Of a stretch of 64,000 bases of DNA, positions 55,209-64,000 are shown one piece after another. This DNA comes from Tubulanus polymorphus. Taxonomy: Eukaryota; Animalia; Nemertea. Made by a program: the position numbers and the translations under genes. Positions within the stretch are counted from its first letter, which is position 1; every line of letters begins with the position of its first letter. Location of the stretch: contig NC_134031.1 of NCBI RefSeq assembly GCF_964204645.1, positions 18,917,910 through 18,981,909 of the forward strand, given 5' to 3'. A model generated the notes under the pieces. That model did no database searches and was not told the origin of the DNA. It saw nothing but the letters and a program-made list of their open reading frames with translations.

Positions 55209-56262
55209 TGCGTGGTTGTAAAAATGTTTGAAATTTAAATCCTACCTCGTATCAATAGTCGAAGCGATTAAAGTCCATGTTTTTAAAAGATATTTCTGTT
55301 AAAGCGAAGTCGCGTTCGTCGTAATATCCGTGAAAGAACTACGTGTAGTGCCTCGTAAAAACGACATCAGCGTTGTCGAGGGCGACAGTAACGGCGGTGG
55401 CGGCAGACGACGACGACGAGGCTGGTATCGACGTGTGAGTGAATCATCGTCAGTCCGTGTCGTCGCAGTCCTCGTTCCGTCCGTCTGTCGGTCGGCTGTA
55501 CACAGCGATGATGTGCGTGTGTGTTGCGCGTAATAGAATTTGTCATGGAGCTCGTGACGGTTAAAAAACGTGAAACTCTGCGCGTGATTAGCGGACAATG
55601 GAAACGCGATGGAGCGTGTAGGGTTGAGTTAATCATAGCGTCTTTGACCGGCTGTAATTCGATGCTGTCAAGTGGTCCCGGCTGTATTAGATTCCCGTAG
55701 ACCCACCGCGGCAGCCACGCGTCATAATTTTATGAAATTCCTTCTCAGAGGAGATGAATTCCTTCACGGGATAACCACGCGCGTAGTGAAGAAAGGTCAT
55801 TTGATTTACACAGATTCCTTACAGAGATCTTACTCATAGGAAAACGATCTTTTCTAACTCCTACATCCAGGCATTAAAAAACAAAATGGTCGCTTTTTCA
55901 ACTGCAGATATTAAGGGTTTACTGTCTAGAAGGCCGATATCATTGAGAGAAACCCATTGAGAGAAAAGTTAGATATCGGCATCTGGTCTCATCGGCGCTA
56001 GTGGTTAGAGCGCCGTGCTAACACCAGTTTTTGATTCCCAATTTCTTAAGAATTTCTCTCACTTTCATCGTATACCTGGATAATACCTGGATATGACAGG
56101 GGGTGGGTATATAAGGGTCGTGGAAGTAGACCGTGTTTTCAACATCCCTGAAAATACTGAAAATACCCCATCGATTTCTACACTGTACATTACCCCTAGA
56201 TTGTATCGTTTCTTATCATCTCAGTTTTTACTGTATTTCACATATATTCAGTCTGATTCAGT

Positions 56263-56455
56263 TTTTTTTTTATAACACCCTCAACCAGCGCCACGTAGGG
56301 CATTATAAGCTGGTTCGATGTTTCTTTTTCCTAATGGGGAGAGACTAGAGAAGAACCTTCGACCAAGAAACTCTGTCGCCACCAGGGTTTGAACCCATAA
56401 ACCCTGGATTGACGAGACCAGTGACTGGCGGCTTAACCCACTCGGCCACTGCGTC
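56263..56455 (-). mobile_element. Full-length tRNA-derived SINE with poly(A) tail and target-site duplication
   Basis: Minus strand head GACGCAGTGGCCGAGTGGGTTAAG (A box, tRNA-Ser/Leu-like) and GGGTTCAAACCC (B box). About 100 nt of body follows, ending TAT plus an A run of ~10. AGTCTGATTCAGT is repeated at 56250-56262 and 56456-56468. Confidence 0.85.
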
Positions 56456-57785
56456 AGTCTGATTCAGTGCGATGAAGTGTTTGTGGTGAAGAGCTGTGGC
56501 AATTTTTTACAAGTTGTGTTCACTATTACTTCTATTTATCACTCAATGAATCTTATCTTCATTGAGATAATTATAAAAAATGTGCAAAACTGTCGAAAAA
56601 CTGTACATCAATATTTACTTAGAGCATCATTAACCCTGAGTCAGTGTTTCAGTCAATATCCAGTGCCAGACCAGCTTAGAGTCGGTACGCGCTTATATTG
56701 CTGGAGGAAGAATCTTCAGGTTCTACTTGATGCCATCGGTCTCGAAACCTTTTTTCGGCAACAATGTTACCAGAAGATAAAGGACAAAAAGTGAAATAAA
56801 AACGAAAAGCCTATTTGAATGAATTAGCCTGAGAAGGACAAGAGCATTGAGTAGAGGAGGAATTATTTGAAGATATACCAATTACCAATTATTTTTAGTA
56901 CATATTGATAATTATTTTTCGTACCAATCATTTAAAGAAAAATAATATTATTATATGATAGGTTAAATTTCTACAGCTAAAATCGATGTTATATCATAAC
57001 TTCACTAATTGAATCCAATTACAATTTACACATGATAAAAAAGCATAGCAATTTTCAAATTACAATAAAACATATACTTATATATAAACGATATCTTCTG
57101 AAACGGTAAATTTTAAGTCAGTTAGATTAAAAACATTGTTTTTTTCATGTTTATTTACTGTCTGTATGTTTTACATTCTTGTTTCACTCGCGAGAAACAG
57201 TTCGAAATTGAATATTAGTATTCATAGGTAGTTGTCACCGAGCTAAGTCACATGATTAATTTATGCCGTGTCTAATCCGTCGACGATGTCTTCGGTAATC
57301 TACGTCTGTCGACTTCTTAATACCGGGATTTCCTGACCTGTAAAAACGGCCGCTGTTTTCATTCGGTTTTTTTAGCGCTGCTGGTGAATAATATATCGAG
57401 ACCGATCCACCTCTCGCTGACACGCGGTAAAATAGACCGGAAAACCGCAGTAACGCGTTCACTCCTGCAAACGATTGTTTACAAATCCACGCAGCGCATA
57501 TTCTACCACATTGGATGTAGTTGTAGTTGTCATGCGTACATTGTCGGCAGTGGACATTTCTTTATGCAGAGTATGTGATTTATCATATCTGATAGATAAA
57601 GCATGTACCTTACATGCCGCAGCATGTCTCCGCCCGAGCTCATAGGTTGTAAAATTCTCCTGATGAGTTTTTATCATCGTTGACGTGACTCCGGAGTCGA
57701 CTGCCACTTATGACATATGTTTTAGTCATCTTCGTCGTAAATGTCTATTTTCAGACATTTTTTGTTCACCACTCCGTGCGTCTCA

Positions 57786-58215
57786 GTGTGCCCCTATCAG
57801 AGTCTGTCAGTGCCGGTGTGCCCCTATCAGAGGCTGTCAGTGCCGGTGTGCCCCTATCAGAGTCTGTCAGTGCCGGTGTGCCCCTATCAGAGTCTGTCAG
57901 TTCCGGTGTGCCCCTATCAGAGGCTGTCAGTGCCGGTGTGCCCCTATCAGAGGCTGTCAGTGTTCGTGTGTCCCTATCAGAGGCTGTCAGCGCTCGTGTG
58001 CCCCTGTCAGAGGCTGTCAGTGCTCGTGTGCCCCTATCAGAGGCTGTCAGTGCCTGTCTGTCCCTTTCAGAGTCTGTCAGCGCCCATGTGCCCTATGAGA
58101 GTCCGTCAATGTCTGTGTACCCCTATCAAAGTCAGGAAGTACCTGTGTGCCCCTATTGGAGTCTGTCAGCACCCATGTGTCCCTATCAGAATCTGTCAGT
58201 GCCCGTGTGCCCCTA
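57786..58215 (+). repeat. 30-bp minisatellite, ~14 copies, decaying 3'-ward
   Basis: Unit GTGTGCCCCTATCAGAGGCTGTCAGTGCCG. The 10-codon period explains three overlapping ORFs. Confidence 0.95.
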
Positions 58216-58866
58216 CCACAGATGACATGCGATGTATTTGAAGAAGGCCAATCATTTTCATGTGTATAAGATGTGTGCTCAGGTGTGTTGTGAGTATTGT
58301 GACTGTCGAGCAGATTGATGTTGTATCCAGTCAGTCAGATTTTGCTGCTGCTGACTCAAGATGAATCCATTTCTTTTTCTTGTACTCCATCGCAATCCTA
58401 TTTTCTCAGGCGTCGATCCATTTCCAGTTGTTGATTTCAAAGGATTGTTACAGCGTTGATGACAACTGCGCGGGTGCGACACGGGGAGTGTGCACCTATA
58501 TTCCTCGTTACCCCTCGGGGCTGCAATATCATGACTCACAGCCCACTTTCTCTTACTTCTTCAACTCGCAGCTGACGATATCTTAAGATAGGAAAATGAT
58601 CAAATGATTTTACGATAGCGTTTGAAAGGGTATTTTCGCAGTGAATGATTTTTTGTATCTGGCTCAGCAGCTGAAACGACAATAATTGCTAATAGTGTTT
58701 TTTTTCTGTTTACCTGGTAATGGTTCATATCGCGCTAAGACGGCAGTAACCCGCAGTGAGACCTACTTCAATAGATCACTTGTTCGTCGGGTCATGTCTT
58801 ATTAACTGTTATTTAGAACTGTAAAAAGTGTGAGTTAAGATTCTCAAAATGAGCATTGAGTGAATA

Positions 58867-58990
58867 GGGTCGTTTGCGCAGTGATGGCCGTGATTCAAGA
58901 CCAGTCTAAGAACATCTAACAACTTAAGACCACTGTTATACCTATAAGTCAATACTTAGGGATGAAAGTGGTCTTAAGACAAAGTTTGAT
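58867..58990. repeat. Dispersed repeat family (also ~12896-12970, ~14540-14657, ~22959-23050)
   Basis: Shared GGGTC...ATGG...AGACCAGTCT...AACAACTTAAGAC words at four loci. Confidence 0.5.
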
Positions 58991-59018
58991 TCACGAGTTA
59001 TGATGTGTTTATTTCTGA

Positions 59019-59312
59019 TGTGGAACTGGATCCTGAACTGTGGAACTGGGTAATGGATTGTGGAACTGGGTTATGGATTGTGGAACTGGGTTATGGATTG
59101 TGGAACTGGGTTATCGATGATAAGATAAAAACCCACTATTTACAAATTAAAAGAATTCTAAAATCGAGAATTTATTTATTGATATAAGAACACGACGTTT
59201 CGATCACACCCTAGAGATCATCGTCAGGTGTGTTATGGATTGTGGAACCGGTTTGTGGATTGTGGAACTGGGTAATGGATTGTGGAACTAGGATGTGGAT
59301 TGTGGAACCAGG
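59019..59312 (+). repeat. 20-bp minisatellite interrupted by a hammerhead-bearing insertion
   Basis: Unit TGTGGAACTGGGTTATGGAT, with an unrelated sequence at 59115-59231. Confidence 0.85.
59190..59231 (-). ncRNA. Minimal type I hammerhead ribozyme motif, family C (GUC cleavage triplet)
   Basis: Minus strand reads ACAC-CTGACGA-T-GATC-tctagggtgt-GATC-GAAA-C-GTC-GTGT, with AATAAA about 10 nt downstream. Confidence 0.8.
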
Positions 59313-60304
59313 ATGTAACACTCTGTTGTTGTTATCAGTTGTGTATAATTTGTTCCGTTCTACGATGCATTGTTTTACGATCGCTACGACGACGACGATG
59401 ATTGAGTCACGTATTGTTTCGTTTGTTCGACCGCCGAGCATCGTAAGTTGTTAGCGGTGACGAGTTGAGACGCGGTTTCGTTTTCGATTGTTCGTCGTCG
59501 CCGTGGCAGCAGCGGCGGCGATGACTTGACGGAGACAAATTTGATTTAAAACGGAATGAATTTCATCGAACAATGTGTTGAGTGCTGTCACCTCTCGCAG
59601 GAATTCGCTATTGTTGAAATTTTGCGTCGGTATTTATGAGGATACCGCTGATTTGACTCACCCCCCAGTCTCTTGTACACGTCGCGTGAGTCGCGATTAA
59701 TGCGTTTTGTTGAAACTAATTTGTCAAAGGAGAAAATCTCGGCGACCTGAGATTTGATACCGCGCGAGGTCTCGCCAAGTAGAATCGGCTTTTTGTTGAA
59801 AGTTGCATCCCGGATTATTTCCAACGTGTTAGAAGATTCTTAGCGAACATTTTCTATGTATACAATCAAACCTCCCTTAATGAACAACTCTCATCGATGC
59901 CTCAATAACAAATGGTCCCAAAATGTTTCTATCTAAGATACATAGATCAGTACCTCCCTTAATGAACACCTCTCTATAGTTATCATTTTGCTCGATTCCA
60001 CAAGCTTTCATCACTAAACCTGGTATTTCTATGTACAATACGACTCTCCCAATGAGATTGTTAGATTTTTTTTACAAAAAAAGCTTTCAGCGATGTAATG
60101 AATCTTGTTAAATGTAGGGAATTATGAATCAAATACCGTATTAGCATCAGAATATAGAAAATTTCATTACAACAAGTTTGTTCGTTGAAATCGGGCCCAG
60201 TTTGGGGTTAGGTCTATTAAAATACGGGCTAATTAATTGTTTCAGGGTTGAATTATCTCTTGTAGCCCACTATAAAACCGCTAATGTTTTCTTTCTATCG
60301 ATAG

Positions 60305-60413
60305 TTGTGCGCTAACGAGGCGGAGACGTTTTTAAAAGCGGCGGAACTGTTGCAGACGGATTGCGACGCCATCGACCTCAATTTAGGATGTCCACAGGCG
60401 ATCGCCAAAAGAG
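60305..60413 (+). CDS. DUS1L: DUS1L coding exon 2 (catalytic Cys motif)
   Basis: Pyrimidine-rich acceptor ending ATAG, then [36 protein letters not shown](G), which contains the Dus signature IDLNLGCP. Donor G|GTACAA. Phase 0 in, phase 1 out, matching the neighbouring exons. Confidence 0.95.
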
Positions 60414-60520
60414 GTACAAAACATCAGTAATATTTTGTTACTTGTTTATGTAAAGCCCACAACACACACAACGCAGATACAGGGAAACGATTGGTAGAAC
60501 ACTATATCCGTGTTGACGCG

Positions 60521-60752
60521 ATGAGGAGAGAATCCCACAATGATAATAAAAAGTCCGAAAATGAAACTTCGAGATAGTAGTTTATTTCAACGTTTCGACT
60601 ATATCCTAATAGTCATCTTCAGGAATAATCTATTCATCTATTCATTATTCCTGAAGATGACTATTAGGATATAGTCGAAACGTTGAAATAAACTACTATC
60701 TCGAAGTTTCATTTTCGGACTTTTTATTATCATTGTGGGATTCTCTCCTCAT
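60521..60752. mobile_element. Perfect palindromic (fold-back) Penelope-like pLTR remnant carrying two opposed hammerhead motifs
   Basis: Arms 60521-60629 and 60644-60752 (109 bp each) are exact reverse complements around a 14-nt loop. The direct repeat ATACAGGGAAA occurs at 60477-60487 and 60751-60761. Confidence 0.85.
60648..60687 (+). ncRNA. Minimal type I hammerhead ribozyme motif, family A (mirror copy 60586-60625 on - strand)
   Basis: TTC-CTGAAGA-T-GACTAT-taggat-ATAGTC-GAAA-C-GTT-GAA, followed by AATAAA. This gives the catalytic core, a 6-bp stem II and a 3-bp stem I. Stem III is reduced to the palindrome AACGTT. Confidence 0.75.
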
Positions 60753-60935
60753 ACAGGGAAATACAGAAACTCGCGATGAAACTCTGAAAGAGGAATAAGA
60801 AGAAAGTGTAATGGGCCACTAGAGAGTCACCAAGTATTGGGTTAGGGTTAGGGCTCCAATGGGAAATCCATAGGGTTCTAAGGGAAGGGCTTAACGTAAA
60901 AATAAGACATTTTGAATTCTATTTTTCTTATTTAG

Positions 60936-61099
60936 GGAATTATGGCGCGTTTTTGCAAGACGACTGGGATCGAATTACGGACATTGTGAAAACAGCGTCG
61001 GAGAATTTGAACATTCCTGTTACGTGTAAAATACGAATTCACTCCGATCTACAACGGACGATACGATACGCGCGGATGATTGAAAGCGCCGGCGCTCAG
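60936..61099 (+). CDS. DUS1L: DUS1L coding exon 3
   Basis: Acceptor TTTTTCTTATTTAG, then (G)NYGAFLQDDWDRITDIVKTASENLNIPVTCKIRIHSDLQRTIRYARMIESAGAQ with the YGAFL and PVTCKIR motifs. Donor CAG|GTATAA. Confidence 0.95.
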
Positions 61100-61413
61100 G
61101 TATAACTATCAGTCATACTCTCTGTGTTATTATTAGCGATGATTTAGAATATGAAATATGAAGTGAGAAATATCGAGGATACGCTTTTAACGATGTGGTT
61201 CAGTCAAGTTTCGAGCAATCAAACTATTGTTTACTCGTAGCCTTGCGCTCTCTCCTACCCCACTTTCTCACTCTCCCCTCTTCTTATTTGTCACTTTATG
61301 ATATTATGTTGTTTCTCTTTTTCCCTCGTTTAATTTTTTTTTAAATCTTTTTTTTATTGACAATCAAGTACTTTTGAATTATTATGAATAAAATTAATTT
61401 GAATTTGTTCACT

Positions 61414-61632
61414 TCACTCTTCTTCCCCTCTCTGTCTCCATCTCTTTCCTCTCACCCCTCCTCTTTCCTCTCTCTCCTCTCCCTCCCTCTCTCCTTCCTC
61501 TCTCTCCTCTTTCCTCTCTCTCCTCTCCCTCCCTCTTTCCTTCCTCTCTCTCCCCTCTATCTCTCCTTTCCCTCTTTCCTCGCTCTCTCTCTTTCTCTCT
61601 CTCTCCTTCCCCTCTCTCTCTCTACCTGTCTC
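61414..61632 (+). repeat. Polypyrimidine low-complexity tract
   Basis: Seen directly. A more degenerate tract lies at ~19960-20235. Confidence 0.9.
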
Positions 61633-62580
61633 TAACGAATATTGCGTTTTCCGGATGGAGTTGATTTGTCTGATTGCAATCTGATTATTGCAGCCTGTTT
61701 TCCGCATGGATGGAATCGGCTGCTTTCAGATCTCAGTAGGTCTCGACAGCTATCGGAATCTAGTTAACCCGATTTCGGTGATTCACGAATCTGACGAACA
61801 ACTTTACCGGGTCTAAATTTCTCCCCCGGCAGACGCAGCACTTCTCATTCTTCCATTTGGAAGAAAAAAATTTCATTTCATATCATTCCAACGTCTAATC
61901 TTTCTTTATTGTCAGTTTATTTCGAGGAACAATATTAAAACAAAGTCTATAAGTTACACGAATGAGATTCTACACATTAAAATGTAGCAAAGGAAGAGGA
62001 AAAAAGGGACCTCAAGGGATTTACGGAATTTACTTTCTCTCGTAACAGTATCTATTGATACTCGAGTCGCACCTCGTGGATCCTCACTCACCGCAGTAGC
62101 ATTCTATGAATTCCTCTCTAGTAACGCGATATCGAGTGATATTTGACATTCGTTGCTTCAAACAGTTGAAAGACCGACCCGATCGTGCCACTACGGCCGT
62201 CGCTCGGGATAAAATCTCGCGCTCTCCGATACGACTGAGTCATTGTTCTCATTGGCACTGATATAAATTGATGGCCTGGCGTAGGTACGCTCGCTCACTC
62301 GCCGCAGCACCATTGTATCAATTATGGATATGCGTAAGCAGACACCGAGCATTTACGTCGATAAACGCGATTTGTTTTTCTCCCCATCGAAAACCAAAAC
62401 ATTGCCACACATACAACATACAATTCACAACATACAACTCACTACTTGCAATTTGCAACTTACAACATAAAATCATTTTTCACATGTTTACAGATGATAT
62501 TGTCTTAATGATATATGTTTTCTGTGTCAAAGTTTTTCCTATTGCCTACTTAATGGCAGTAATATTCAATGGTTGATAAT

Positions 62581-62704
62581 AAAAATCCCACAACAAGAAT
62601 GAAGAATAAAGTCCTAAAAGCAGCTACAGTTTATTCAACATTTTGAGATCATCCTTATAGTCATTTTCAGGAATACTGAAATATTTCGGTCTTTTTTCAT
62701 TCTT
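62581..62704 (-). mobile_element. Degenerate family A PLE-like remnant with inverted ends
   Basis: AAAATCCCACAA...AAAGTCCTAAAA...AGTTTATTCAAC...ATCCTTATAGTCATTTTCAGGAATACT, with inverted AAGAATGAA/TTCATTCTT. Confidence 0.6.
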
Positions 62705-63257
62705 AGATTTTATAAATGGTACAACACGGACTCGAAGTTTTTACATCAATAGTTATGGGTTTGAAATCTGGTGGTAGCCGATCGTAACTTATATAGTTTT
62801 TTTCATTCGACATTCATCTTATTCATTCTACTCCTCCGGAAATTGAATAAAAACTCGGAGTGGAAAACGTAGATTATCCGGAGGTCTTTTTCAATAAAAA
62901 TACAACAGCAGATTAGTTCTTACGGCTCTGCGTGGAAAAAATGTGGACATGCCCGCGGCAAGAGATATTTCGCAAGTAGCGGTGATAATTGTCAAGTTCT
63001 GTTGAGTGTTAACACACGGCTAAGAATCTGTAATTGTCATTTACAATGCTCTATGATTCACCACTTGACAGGGTTCTTACACCTAAGTGAAAAATGGCAT
63101 GTATTGTCCGGCTTCATTAACTACAAAATGTCTTCTTCTTCTGCGATCCACCACCATGTTAATCTCGGACGCGCTTCTTTTTACGCATTGCATCGGGGAC
63201 TTGTACTCCACTCGAATATCATAGAAGTGTTTTACTGCTGCTGAACTTAGGGTCCAG

Positions 63258-63365
63258 GGCCCAGTTCCACAGTTCTGAGTTAAGATTTGACTCCGGGTTA
63301 ACTCATCAAAAATGAACTAACTTTAACTCAGGGTTAACTCTAACTCACGACTGTGGAACTGGGTC
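63258..63365. mobile_element. 108-bp MITE, PIF/Harbinger-like
   Basis: TIRs GGCCCAGTTCCACAG / CTGTGGAACTGGGTC, with an exact CAG duplication on both sides. Confidence 0.8.
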
Positions 63366-63704
63366 CAGTTTTGTAAATAAGTTGTGACTTATAATTGTCG
63401 ATAAGATTAAAAATCCACCAGGTATATGTTTGAAAGGAATACTATTATGTTTAAAAGATTGTAAAAAACCAAACGGAAATTTAATGAATTCATTTGTCCT
63501 CTCCTGTCTATATGTATTGTAAGCAACACATTTTAGATCTTTTGATTAACTGAAATCTTAGTAGCATCAAATCAAAACTTCCAACTCAGATCTTATGAAA
63601 ATTAATTCTAGCCTTTGATTTATCTATAGTGCATGTACACATCCACAGGGGTTAGCCTCTTATTTACTTATCCCTCAAAGATTTACAAAGATCCTCTCTT
63701 TCAG

Positions 63705-63787
63705 GTGTTGACAATTCACGGTCGAACTCGGGATCAGAAACAGCATCTCACTGGAAAGGCCGACTGGGACGTCATCAAGGCTGTGAA
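63705..63787 (+). CDS. DUS1L: DUS1L coding exon 4 (gene continues beyond window)
   Basis: Acceptor CTCTCTTTCAG, then [27 protein letters not shown](K) with the LT-HGRT and ADW motifs. Donor AA|GTATGT in phase 2. Confidence 0.95.
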
Positions 63788-64000
63788 GTATGTATATACA
63801 AATCAACCTGAAATATGAAACAGAAACTCTTTGCTGTTTCATGACCTGCTCTGAAACATGAAACACTTTTTTTATTGTGGTGATGTCAGAGTAGTGAAGT
63901 GAAACAAGAACCTTTTGGAAGGGATTCAAATGAATAAAACTAATATTCAATTTGTCATCTAAAATACTGGATATTCCTGACAGGGTGGCCACTGACCTGG

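Noticed and set aside
55541-55558. TGTCATGGAG resembling the start of miR-281
   Set aside because: The match stops after 10 nt and no precursor hairpin is evident. No conserved miRNA was recognised elsewhere by eye.
55986-56024. tRNA-like 5' fragment GGTCTCATCGGCGCTAGTGGTTAGAGCG (similar start at 15901)
   Set aside because: A-box-like half only, with no B box or cloverleaf. At most a decayed SINE head.
57685-58241. Cys-rich metallothionein or keratin-associated-like ORF
   Set aside because: All three frames are open because of a stop-free 30-bp minisatellite inside the DUS1L intron.
60839-60853. Telomeric GGGTTAGGGTTAGGG (also CTAACCCTAACC near 14216)
   Set aside because: Only two or three units, too short to indicate a telomere or healing event.

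Overview
Eukaryotic, invertebrate-like animal genomic DNA that is mostly non-coding, with CpG-rich patches alternating with CpG-poor, repeat-rich stretches. The only recognisable protein-coding gene is the 5' part of a spliced tRNA-dihydrouridine synthase (DUS1L, + strand). It has four coding exons between 43445 and 63787, a 16.6 kb first coding intron, and continues past the window end. Two intron-containing tRNA-Tyr(GTA) genes share a diverged upstream flank. The most striking hidden signal is a set of minimal type I hammerhead ribozyme motifs (CTGANGA-T-stem II-GAAAC-GTH) from three sequence families with covarying stems. They sit in short Penelope-like (PLE) remnants, several with inverted arms, and one forms a perfect 109-bp-arm palindrome in a DUS1L intron. 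The window also has a complete tRNA-derived SINE with poly(A) and TSD, L2-like 3' ends, Harbinger-like MITEs whose termini seed tandem arrays, and many micro/minisatellites that explain the longer ORFs in the supplied track. All calls were made by eye; no searches or folding programs were run.
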